Notes under the pieces: generated by a model
Databases searched by the model: none
Told to the model about the DNA's origin: nothing
Seen by the model: only the letters and a program-made list of their open reading frames with translations
Part shown: in pieces, positions 13,064 through 28,000 of the stretch
Position numbering within the stretch: position 1 is the stretch's first letter
How the letters are laid out: the number at the start of each line of letters is the position of its first letter
DNA from: the human T2T-CHM13v2.0 reference genome, Homo sapiens
Reading direction: 5' to 3' (one strand)
Assembly (NCBI RefSeq): GCF_009914755.1
Contig: NC_060928.1
Length of the DNA: 64,000 nucleotides
Position numbers and translations under genes: made by a program

Positions 13064-16000
13064 CGTACTTTGATATTTTATGTCCAGTATAGAATATATA
13101 GTTTTGGTAGTTTGATATTTTATGTACAGTATATAGTTTGAGTACTTTCACATTTTATGTACAGTTTATTATAAATGTTTGGGTGTTTTCATATTTTATG
13201 TACTGTTTATAATACATACATTGGGCACTTTGATATATTATGTACAGTATATAATACATACTTTGGGTACTCTGATATTTTATGTACAGTATATAATACA
13301 CACTTTGGGTACTTTGATATTTTATGTACAGGATATAATGCATACTTTGGGTACTTTGATAGTTTATGTACAGTATATAATACATACTTTGGGTACTTTG
13401 ATATTCTATGTATAGTATAAAATATACAGTTTGGGTACTTTGATATTTTATGTACAGTATGTAAAACATACTTTGGGGAGTTTGATATTTTATGTACAGT
13501 ATGTAAAACATACTTTGGGGAGTTTGATATTTTATGAACAGTATATAATACACATTTTGTGTACTTTGATATTTTATGTACAGTATATAATACATACTTT
13601 GGGTACTTTGATATTTTATGTACAGTATATAATACATACTTTGGGTACTTTGATATTTTCTGTACAGTATACAATATATAGTTTGAGTACTTTGATATTT
13701 TATGTACTGTATAAAATATATAGTTTTGGTACTTTGATATTTTATGTACAGTATATAGTTTGAGTACTTTGATATTTTATGTACAGTTTGTTATAAATAT
13801 TTGGGTGCTTTCATATTTTATGTACTGTATATAATACATGCTTTAGGCACTTTGATATTTTATGTACAGTATGTAATACATACTTTGGGTACTCTGATAT
13901 TTTATGTACAGTGTATAATACATACTTTGGGTACTTTGATATTTTATGTACAGTATATAATACATACATTGGGTACTTTGATATATTATGTACAGTATAT
14001 AATACTTACTTGGGGTACTTTGATATTTTATGTACAGTATATAATACATAGTTTGTGTACTTTGATATTTTATGTACAGTACATAATACATACTATTGGT
14101 ACTTTGATATTTTATGTACAGTATACAATATATAGTTTGAGTACTTTGATATTTTATGTCCAGTATAAAATATATAGATTTCGTACTTTGATATTTTATG
14201 TACAGAATATAGTTTGAGTACTTTGATATTTTATGTACACTTTATTATAAAAGTTTGGGTACTTTCATATTTTACGTACAGTATATAATACATACTTTGG
14301 GCACTTTGATGTTTTATGCACAGTATATAATACATACTTTGGGTACTTTTATATTTTATGTACAGTATATAATACATAGTTTGGGTACTTTGATATTCAA
14401 TATACAGTATATAATGCACACTTTGCGTACTTTGATATTTTATGTAAAGTATGTAATACATACTTTGTGTAGTTTGATATTTTATGTACAGTATGTAATA
14501 CACACTTTGGGTACTTTGATATTTTATGTACAGTATGTAAAACATACTTTGGGTAGTTTGATATTTTATGATCAGTATATAATACACATTTTGGGTACTT
14601 TGATATTTTATGTACAGTGTATAATACATACGTTGGGTACTTTGATATTTTATGTACAGGATATAATGCATACTTTGGGTACTTTGATAGTTTATGTACA
14701 GTATATAATACTTACTTTGGGTACTTTGATATTTTATATATAGTATAAAATATATAGTTTGGGTAGTTTGATATTTTAAGTATAGTATATGATACATACT
14801 TTGGGTACTTAGATATTTTATCTACAGTGTATAATAAATACTATGGGTACTTTGATATATTATGTACAATAGATAATACATACTTTGGGTACTTTGATAT
14901 TTTATGTACAGTATATAATACATACTTTGGGTACTTTGATATTTTATGTACAGTATATAATACATACATTGGGTGCTTTCATATTTCATGTACACTATAT
15001 AATATATAGTTTGGGTACTTTGGTATATTATGTACTGTATATAATACATACTTTGAGTATTTTGATATTTTATGTACAGTATATAATACATACTTTGGGT
15101 ACTTTGATATTTTATGTACAGTATATAATGCATACTTTGGGTACTTCGATAGTTTATGCACAGTATACAATACATACTTTGGGTACTTTGATATTTTATG
15201 TACTGTATATAATGCATACTTTGGGTACTTTGATAGTTTATGTACAGTATACAATACATACTTTGGGTACTTTGATATTTTATGTACAGTACATAATATG
15301 TAGTTTGGGTACTTTGATATTTTAACTACAGTATATAATACATACTTTGGGTACTTTGATATTTTATCTACAGTATATAATAGATACTTTGGGTACTTTG
15401 ATATATTATGTACAGTATATAATACATAGTTTGGTTACTTTGATATTTTTTGTACAGTATGTAAAACATACTTTGGGGAGTTTGATATTTTATGAACAGT
15501 ATATAATACACATTTTGGGTACTTTGATATTTTATGTACGGTATATAATACATACTTTGGGTACTTTGATATTTTATGTACAGTATATAATTCATACTTT
15601 GGGTACTTTGATATTTTATGTACAGTATATAATACATACATTGGGTACTTCGATATTTTATGTGCAGTACCATATATATAGTTTGGGTACTTTGATATTT
15701 TATGTCCAGTATAAAATAAATAGTTTTGGTACTTTGATATTTTATGTACAGTATATAGTTTGAGTACTTTGATATTTAATGTACAGTTTATTATAAATGT
15801 TTGGGTGCTTTCATATTTTATATACAGTATATAATACATACTTTGGGCACTTTGATATTTTCTGTACAGTATATATTACATACTTTGGGTACTTTGATAT
15901 TTTATGTACAGTATACAATATATAGTTTGAGTACTTTGATATTTTATGTACTGTATAAAATATATAGTTTTGGTACTTTGATATTTTATGTACAGTATAT

Positions 16001-19000
16001 AGATTGAGTACTTTGATATTTTATGTACAGTTTGTTATAAATGTTTGGGTGCTTTCATATTTTATGTACTGTATATAATACATGCTTTGGGCACTTTGAT
16101 ATTTTATGTACAGTATATAATACATACTTAGGGTACTCTGATATTTTATGTACAGTGTATAATACATACTTTGGGTACTTTGATATTTTATGTACAGTAT
16201 ATAATACATACATTGGGTACTTTGATATATTATGTACAGTATATAATACTTACTTGGGGTACTTTGATATTTTATGTACAGTATATAATACATAGTTTGT
16301 GTACTTTGATATTTTATGTACAGTATATAATACATACTTTGGGTACTTTGATATTTTATGTACAGTATATAATACATACTTTGGGTATCTTGACATTTTA
16401 TGTACAGTATGTAATGCATACTTTGGGTACTTTGATATTTTATGTACAGTATGTAATACATACTTTGGGTACTTTGATATTTTATGTATAGTATATAATA
16501 CATACTTTGTGTAGTTTGATATTTTATGTACAGTATACAATATATAGTTTGAGTACTTTGTTATTTTATGTCCAGTATAAAATATATAGTTTTTGTAATT
16601 GATATTTTATGTACAGAATATAGTTTGAGTACTTTGATATTTTATGTACACTTTATTATAAATGTTTGGGTACTTTCATATTTTATGTACAGTATATAAT
16701 ACATACATTGGTCTCTTTGATGTTTTATGTACAGTATATAATACATACTTTGTGTTCTTTGATATTTTATGGACAGAATATAATGCATAGTATTAGGTAC
16801 TTTTATATTTTATGTACAGTATATAATACATACTTTGGGTACTTTGATATTTTATGTACAGTATATAATACATACTTTGGGAACTTTGATATTTTATGTA
16901 CAGTATGTAATACATACTTTGGGTACTTTGATATTTTATGTACACTATATAATACATACTATTGGTACTTTGATATTTTATGTACAGTATACAATATATA
17001 GTTTGAGTACTTTGATATTTTATGTCCAGTATAAAATATATAGATTTCATACTTTGATATTTTATGTACTGAATGTAGTTTGAGTACTTTGATATTTTAT
17101 GTACACTTTATTATAAAACTTTGGGTACTTTCATATTTTACGTACAGTATATAATACATACTTTGGGCACTTTGATGTTTTATGTACAGTATATAATACA
17201 TACTTTGGGTTCTTTGATATTTTATGTACAGCATATAATACATAATTTGGGGACTTTTATATTTTATGTACATTATATTATACATACTTTGGGTACTTTT
17301 ATATTTTATGTACGGTATATAATACATACTTTGGGTACTTTGATATATTATGTACAGTATATAATACATACCTTGGGTACTTTGATATATTATGTACAGT
17401 ATATAATACATACTAAGGGTACTTTGACATTTTATGTACAGTACATAATACATACTTTGGGAACTTTGATATTTTATGTACAGTATATAATGCATACTTT
17501 GGATACTTTGATATTTTATGTACAGTATATAATACATATTTTGGGTACTTTGATATTTTATGTACAGTATGTAATACATAATTTGGGTAATTTAATATTT
17601 TATTTATAGTATATAATACATACTTTGGGTACTTTGATATTTTATGGACAGTGTATAATACATACTTTTGGTATTCTGATATTTTATGTACAGTGTATAA
17701 TATATAGTTTGGGTACTTTGGTATTTTATATACAGTATATAATACATACTTTGGGTACTTTGATATTTTATGTACAGTATATAATACATACTTTGGGTAC
17801 TTTGATATTTTATGTACAGTATATAATACATACTTTGGGTACTTTGATATTTTATGCACAGTATACAATATATAGTTTGAGTACTTTGATATTTTATGTA
17901 CTGTATAAAGTATATAGTTTTGGTACTTTGATATTTTATGTACAGTATATAGTTTGAGTACTTTGATATTTTATGTACAGTTTGTTATAAATGTTTGGGT
18001 GCTTTCATATTTTATGTACTGTATATAATACATGCTTTGGGCACTTTGATATTTTATGTACAGTATATAATACATACTTTGGGTACTCTGATATTTTATG
18101 TACAGTGTATAATACATACTTTGGGTACTTTGATATTTTATGTACAGTATATAATACATACATTGGGTACTTTGATATATTATGTACAGTATATAATACT
18201 TACTTGGGGTACTTTGATATTTTATGTACAGTATATAATACATACTTTGTGTACTTTGATATTTTATGTACAGTATATAATACATACTTTGGGTACTTTG
18301 ATATTTTATGTACAGTATATAATACATACTTTGGGTATCTTGACATTTTATGTACAGTATATAATGCATACTTTGGGTACTTTGATATTTTATGTACAGT
18401 ATATAATGCATACTTTGGGTACTTTGATATTTTATGTACAGTATGTAATACATACTTTGGGTACTTTGATATTTTATGTATAGTATATAATACATACTTT
18501 GTGTAGTTTGATATTTTATGTACAGTATACAATATATAGTTTGAGTACTTTGTTATTTTATGTCCAGTTTAAAATATATAGTTTTCATAATTGATATTTT
18601 ATGTACAGAATATAGTTTGAGTACTTTGATATTTTATGTACACTTTATTATAAATGTTTGGGTACTTTCATATTTTATGTACAGTATATAATACATACAT
18701 TGGTCTCTTTGATGTTTTATGTACAGTATATAATACATACTTTGGGTTCTTTGATATTTTATGTACAGAATATAATGCATAGTATTAGGTACTTTTATAT
18801 TTTATGTACAGTATATAATACATACTTTGGGTACTTTTATATTTTATGTACAGTATATAATACATACTTTGGGTACTTTGATATTTAATGTACAGTATAT
18901 AATGCACACTTTGCGTACTGTGATATTTTATGTAAAGTATGTAATACATACTGTGGGTAGTTTGATATTTTATGTACAGTATGTAATACACACTTTGGGT

Positions 19001-22000
19001 ACTTTGATATTTTATGTATAGTATATAATACATACTTTGGGTACTTTGATATTTTATGTACAGTATGTAATACATAATTTGGGTAATTTAATATTTTATG
19101 TATAGTATATAATACATACTTTGGGTACTTTGATATTTTATGGACAGTGTATAATACATACTTTGGGTACTTTGATATTTTATGTACAGTGTATAATATA
19201 TAGTTTGGGTACTTTGATATTTTATATACAGTATATAATACATACTTTGGGTACTTTGATATTTTATGTACAGTATATAATATATAGTTTGGGTACTTTG
19301 ATATTTTATGTACGGTATATAATACATACTTTGGGTACTTTGATATTTTATGTACAGTATATAATACATACTTTGGGTACTTTGATATTTTATGTACAGT
19401 ATACAATATATAGTTTGAGTACTTTGATATTTTATGTGCAGTATAAAATATATAGTGTTGGTAGTTTGATGTTTTATGTACAGTATATATTTTGAGTACT
19501 TTGATATTTTATGTACAGTTTATTATAAATGTTTGGGTAGTTTCATATTTGACGTACAGTATATAATACATAATTTGGGCACTTTGATATTTTATGTACA
19601 GTATATAATACATACTTTGGGTAATTTTATATTTTATGTACAGTATATATTACATACTTTGGGTTTTTTGATATTTAATGTACAGTATATAATGCACACT
19701 TTGCGTACTGTGATATTTTATGTAAAGTATGTAATACATACTGTGGGTAGTTTAATATTTTATGTACAGTATGTAATACACACTTTGGGTACTTTGATAT
19801 TTTATGTTCAGTATGTAAAACATACTTTGGGTAGTTTAATATTTTATGATGAGTATATAATACACATTTTGGGTACTTTGATATTTTATGTACAGTGTAT
19901 AATACATACTTTGGGTACTTTGATATTTTATGTACAGGATATAATGCATATTTTGGGTACTTTGATAGTTTATGTACAGTATATAATACATACTTTGGGT
20001 ACTTTGATATTTTATGTATAGTATAAAATATATAGTTCGGGTAGTTTGATATTTTATGTACAGTATGTAAAACATACTTTGGGGAGTTTGATATTTTATG
20101 AACAGTATATAATACACATTTTGTGTACTTTGATATTTTATGTACAGTATATATTACATACTTTGGGTACTTTGATATTTTATGTACAGTATACAATATA
20201 TACTTTGAGTAATTTGATATTTTATGTACTGTATAAAATATATAGTTTTGGTAGTTTGATGTTTTATGTACAGTATATATTTTGAGTACTTTGATATTTT
20301 ATGTACAGTTTATTATAAATGTTTCGGTACTTTCATATTTTACGTACAGTATATAATACATACTTTGGGCACTTTGATGTTTTATGTACAGTATATAATA
20401 CATACTTTGGGTTCTTTGATATTTTATGTACAGCATATAATACATAATTTGGGGACTTTTATATTTTATGTACATTATATTATACATACTTTGGGTACTT
20501 TTATTTTTTATATACGGTATATAATACATACTTTGGGTACTTTGATATATTATGTACAGTATATAATACATACTTTGGGTACTTTGATATATTATGTACA
20601 GTATATAATACATACTAAGGGTACTTTGACATTTTATGTACAGTACATAATACATACTTTGGGTACTTTGATATTTTATGTACAGTATATAATGCATACT
20701 TTGGATACTTTGATATTTTATGTACAGTATATAATACATACTTTGGGTACTTTGATATTTTATGTACAGTATGTAATACATAATTTGGGTACTTTAATAT
20801 TTTATGTATAGTATACAATACATACTTTGGGTACTTTGATATTTTATGGACAGTGTATAATACATACTTTGGGTACTTTGATATTTTATGTACAGTATAT
20901 AATATATAGTTTGGGTACTTTGACATTTTATATACAGTATATAATACATACTTTGGGTACTTTGATATTTTGTGTACAGTATATAATACATACTTTGGGT
21001 ACTTTGATATTTTATGCACAGTATACAATATATAGTTTGAGTACTTTGATATTTTATGTACTGTATAAAATATATAGTTTTGGTACTTTGATATTTTATG
21101 TACAGTATATAGTTTGAGTACTTTGATATTTTATGTACAGTTTGTTAAAAATGTTTGGGTGCTTTCATATTTTATGTACAGTATATAATACATACTTTGG
21201 GCACTTTGATATCTTATGTACAGTATATAATACATATTTTGGGTACTCTGATATTTTATGTACAGTGTATAATACATAATTTGTGTACTTTGATATTTTA
21301 TGTACAGTATATAATACATACGTTGGGTACTTTGATATATTATTTACAGTATATAATACATACTTTGGGTACTTTGATATTTTATGTACAGTATATAATC
21401 CATAGTTTGTGTACTTTGATATTTTATGTACAGTATATAATACATACTTTGGGTACTTTGATATTTTATGTACAGTATATAATACATACTTTGGGTACTT
21501 TCATGTTTTATGTACAGTATATAATATATAGTTTGGGTACTTTGATATTTTATGTACGGTATATAATACATACTTTGGGTACTTTGATATTTTATGTACA
21601 GTATATAATACATAATTTGGGTACTTTGATATTTTATGTACAGTATACAATATATAGTTTGAGTACTTTGATATTTTATGTGCAGTACAAAATATATAGT
21701 GTTGGTAGTTTGATGTTTTATGTACAGTATATATTTTGAGTACTTTGATATTTTATGTACGGTATATAATACATACTTTGGGAACTTTGATATTTTATGT
21801 ACAGTATGTAAAACGTACTTTGGGTACTTTGATATTTTATGTACAGGATATAATGCATACTTTGGGTACTTTGATAGTTTATGTACAGTATATAATACAT
21901 ACTTTGGGTACTTTGATATTTTATGTATAGTATAAAATATATAGTTTGGGTACTTTGATATTTTATGTACAGTATGTAAAAGATACTTTGGGGAGTTTGA

Positions 22001-25000
22001 TATTATATGTACAGTATGTAAAACATACTTTGGGGAGTTTGATATTTTATGAACAGTATATAATACACATTTTGTGTACTTTGATATTTTATGTACAGTA
22101 TATAATACAAACTTTGGGTTCTTTGATATTTTATGTACAGAATATAATGCATAGTTTTAGGTACTTTTATATTTTATGTACAGTATGTAATACATACTTT
22201 GGCTACTTTGATATTTTATGTACAGTATATAATACACACTTTGGGGACTTTGATATTTTATGTACAGTATATAATACACACTTTGGGTACTTTGATATTT
22301 TATGTACAGTATATAATACATACTTGGGTACTGTGATATTTTTTGTACAGTATATAATACATACTTTGGGTACTTTGCTATTTTATGTACAGTATATAAT
22401 ACATACTATTGGTACTTTGATATTTTATGTACAGTATACAATATATAGTTTGAGTACTTTGATATATTATGTCCAGTATAAAATATATAGATTTCATACT
22501 TTGATATTTTTGTACTGAATGTAGTTTGAGTACTTTGATATTTTATGTACACTTTATTATAAAAGTTTGGGTACTTTGATATTTTACATACAGTATATAA
22601 TACATACTTTGGGCACTTTGATGTTTTATGTACAGTATATAATACATACTTTGGGTTCTTTGATATTTTATGTACAGCATATAATACATAATTTGGGGAC
22701 TTTTATATTTTATGTACATTATATTATACATACTTTGGGTACTTTTATATTTTATGTACGGTATATAATACACACTTTGGGCACTTTGATATTTTATGTA
22801 CAGTATATAATACATACTTTGGGTACTTTGATATTTTATGTACAGTATATAATACATACTTTGGGAACTTTGATATTTTATGTACAGTATGTAAAACATA
22901 CTTTGGGTACTTTGATATTTTATGTACAGTATATAATACATACTATTGGTACTTTGATATTTTATGTCCAGTATAAAATATATAGATTTCGTACTTTGAT
23001 ATTTTATGTACAGAATATAGTTTGAGTACTTTGATATTTTATGTACAATTTATTATAAAAGTTTGGGTACTTTCATATTTTACGTACAGTATATAATACA
23101 TATTTTGGGCACTTTGATGTTTTATGTACAGTATATAATACATACTTTAGGTTCTTTTATATTTTATGTACAGCATATACTACAAAATTTGGGGACTTTT
23201 ATATTTTATGTACATTATATAATACATACTTTGGGTACTTTTATATTTTATGTACGGTATATAATAGATACTTTGGGTACTTTGATATATTATGTACAGT
23301 ATATAATATATACTTTGGGTAATTTGATATATTATGTACAGTATATAATACATACTTAGGGTACTTTGACATTTTATGTACAGTATATAATACATACTTT
23401 GGGTACTTTGATATTTTATGAACAGTATATAATACATACTTTGGGTACTTTGATATTTTATGTAATGTATATAATACATACTTTGGGTACTTTTATATTT
23501 TATGTACAGTATATAATATATAGTTTGGGTACTTTGATATTTTATGTACGGTATATAATACATACTTTGGGTACTTTGATATTTTATGTATAGTATATAA
23601 TACATACTTTGGGTACTTTGATATTGTATGTACAGTATACAATATATAGTTTGAGTACTTTGATATTTTATGTACTGTATAAAATATATAGTTTTGGTAC
23701 TTTGATATTTTATGTATAGTATATAGTTTGAGTACTTTTATATTTTATGTACAGTTTTTTATAAATATTTGGGTGCTTTCATATTTTATGTACAGTATAT
23801 AATACATACTAAGCACACTTTGATATTTTATGTACAGTATATAATACATACTTTGGTTACTCTGATATTTTATGTACAGTGTATAATACATACTTTGGGT
23901 ACTTTGATATTTTATGTACAATATATAATACATACGTTGGGAAATTTGATATATTATGTACAGTATATAATTCATACTTTTGGTACTTTGATATTTTATG
24001 TACAGTATATAATACATAGTTTGTGTACTTTGATATTTTATGTACAGTATATAATACATACTGTGGGTACTTTGATATTTTATATACAGTATATAATACA
24101 TACTTTGGGTACTTTCATATTTTATGTACAGTATATAATATATAGTTTGGGTACTTTGATATTTTATCTACAGCTTATAATACATACTTTGGGTACTTTG
24201 ATATTTTATGTACAGTATATAATACATACTTTGGGTAGTTTGATATTTTATGTACAGTATACGATATATAGTTTGAGTACTTTGATATTTTATGTGCACT
24301 ATAAAATATATAGTTTTGGTACTTTGATATTTTATGTACAGTTTATAGTTTGAGTACTTTGATATTTTATGTACAGTTTATTATAAATGTTTGGGTACTT
24401 TCATATTTGATGTACAGTACATAATACATAATTTGGGCACTTTGATATTTTATGTACAGTATATAATACATACTTTGGGTACTTTTCTATTTTATGTACA
24501 GTATATAATACATACTTTGGGTACTTTGATATTTAATGTACAGTATATAATATACACTTTCCGTACTTTGATATTTTATGTAAAGCATGTAATACATACT
24601 TTGGGCAGTTTGATATTTTATGTACAGTATGTAATACACACTTTGGGTACTTTGATATTTTATGTACAGTATGTAAAACATACTTTGGGTAGTTTGATAT
24701 ATTATGTACAGTATATAATACATACTTTGGGTACTCTGATATTTTATGTCCAGTGTATAATACATACTTTGGGTACTTTGATATTTTATGTACAGTATAT
24801 AATATATAGTTTGTGTACTTTGATATATTATGTACAGTATATAATACTTACTTGGGGTACTTTGATATTTTATGTACAGTATATAATACATACTTTGTGT
24901 ACTTTGATATTTTATATACAGTATATAATACATACTTTGGGTACTTTGATATTTTATGTACAGTATATAATACATACTTTGGGTATCTTGATATTTTATG

Positions 25001-28000
25001 TACAGTATATAATGCATACTTTGGGTACTTTGATATTTTATGTACAGTATATAATGCATACTTTGAGTACTTTGATATTTTATGTACAGTATGTAATACA
25101 TACTTTGGGTACTTTGATATTTTATGTATAGTATATAATACATACTTTGTGTAGTTTGATATTTTATGTACAGTATACAATATATAGTTTGAGTACTTTG
25201 ATATTTTATGTCCAGTATAAAATATATAGTTTTCCTAATTGATATTTTATGTACAGAATATAGTTTGAGTACTTTGATATTTTATGTACACTTTATTATA
25301 AATGTTTGGGTACTTTCATATTTTATGTACAGTATATAATACATACTTTGGTCTCTTTGATGTTTTATGTACAGTATATAATACATACTTTGGGTTCTTT
25401 GATATTTTATGTGCAGAATATAATGCATAGTTTTAGGTACTTTTATATTTTATGTACAGTATATAATAGATACTTTGGGTACTTTTTTATTTTATGTACA
25501 GTATATAATACATACTTTGGGAACTTTGATATTTTATGTACAGTATGTAATACATACTTTGGGTACTTTGATATTTTATGTACAGTATACAATATATAGT
25601 TTGAGTATTTTGATATTTTATGTCCAGTATAAAATACATAGATTTCATACTTTGATATTTTATGTACAGAATATAGTTTGAGTACTTTGATATTTTATGT
25701 ACACTTTATCATAAAAGTTTGGGTACTTTCATATTTTACGTACAGTATATAATACATACTTTGGGCACTTTGATGTTTTACGTACAGTATATAATACATA
25801 CTTTGGGTCCTTTGATATGTTATGTACAGCATATAGTACATAATTTGGGGACTTTTATATTTTATGTACATTATATAATACATACTTTGGGTACTTTTAT
25901 ATTTTATGTACGGTATATAATACATACTTTGGGTACTTTCATATATTATGTACAGTATATAATACATACTTTGGGTACTTTGATATATTATGTACAGTGT
26001 ATAATACATACTTAGGGTACTTTGACATTTTATGTACAGTACATAATACATACTTTGGGTACTTTGATATTTTATGTACAGTATATAATACATACTTTGG
26101 GTACTTTGATATTTTATGTACAGTATATAATACATGTTTTGGGTACTTTTACATTTTATGTACAGTATATAATATATAGTTTGGGTACTTTGATATTTTA
26201 TGTACGGTATATAATACATACTTTGGGTACTTTGATATTTTATGTACAGTATATAATACATACTTTGGGTACTTTGATATTTTATGTACAGTATATAATA
26301 CATACTTTGGGTACTTTGATATTTAATGTACAGTATATAATACACACTTTGTGTACTTTGATATTTTATGTAAAGTATGTAATACATACTTTGGGTACTT
26401 TGATATTTTATCTACAGTATGTAATACACGCTTTGGGTACTTTGATATTTTATGTAGAGTATGTAAAACATACTTTCGGTAGTTTGGTATTTTATGATCA
26501 GTATATAATACATATTTTGGGTACTTTGATGTTTTATGTACAGTATATAATACATACTTTAGGTTCTTTTATATTTTATGTACAGCATATACTACAAAAT
26601 TTGGGGACTTTTATATTTTATGTACATTATATAATACATACTTTGGGTACTTTTATATTTTATGTACGGTATATAATACATACTTTGGGTACTTTGATAG
26701 TTTATGTACAGTATATAATACATACTTTGGGTAATTTGGTATATTATGTACAGTATATAATACATACTTAGGGTACTTTGACATTTTATGTACAGTATAT
26801 AATACATACTTTGGGTACTTTGATATTTTATCTACAGTATATAATAGATACTTTGGGTACTTTGATATATTATGTACAGTATATAATACATAGTTTGGTT
26901 ACTTTGATATTTTTTGTACAGTATGTAAAACATACTTTGGGGAGTTTGATATTTTATGAACAGTATATAATACACATTTTGGGTACTTTGATATTTTATG
27001 TACGGTATATAATACATACTTTGGGTACTTTGATATTTTATGTACAGTATATAATTCATACTTTGGGTACTTTGACATTTTATGTACAGTATATAATACA
27101 TACTTTGGGTACTTTGATATTTTATGAACAGTATATAATACATACTTTGGGTACTTTGATATTTTATGTACTGTATATAATACATACTTTGGGTACTTTT
27201 ATATTTTATGTACAGTATATAATATATAGTTTGGGTACTTTGATATTTTATGTACGGTATATAATACATACTTTGGGTACTTTGATATTTTATGTATAGT
27301 ATATAATACATACTAAGCGCACTTTGATATTTTATGTACAGTATATAATACATACTTTGGTTACTCTGATATTTTATGTACAGTGTATAATACATACTTT
27401 GGGTACTTTGATATTTTATGTATAGTATATAGTTTGAGTACTTTGATATTTTATGTACAGTTTTTTATAAATATTTGGGTGCTTTCATATTTTATGTACA
27501 GTATATAATACATACTAAGCGCACTTTGATATTTTATGTACAGTATATAATACATACTTTGGTTACTCTGATATTTTATGTACAGTGTATAATACATATT
27601 TTGGGTACTTTGATATTTTATGTACAATATATAATACATACGTTGGGAACTTTGATATATTATGTACATTATATAATTCATACTTTGGGTACTTTGATAT
27701 TTTATGTACAGTATATAATACATACTATGGGTACTTTTCTATTTTATGTACAGTATATAATACATACTTTGTTTACTTTGATATTTAATGTACAGTATAT
27801 AATACACGGTTTGCGTACTTTGATATTTTATGTAAAGCATGTAATACATAATTTGGGCAGTTTGATATTTTATGTACAGTATGTAATACACACTTTGGGT
27901 ACTTTGATATTTTATGTACAGTATGTAAAACATACTTTGGGTAGTTTGATATATTATGTACAGTATATAATGCATACTTTGGGTACTCTGATATTTTATG

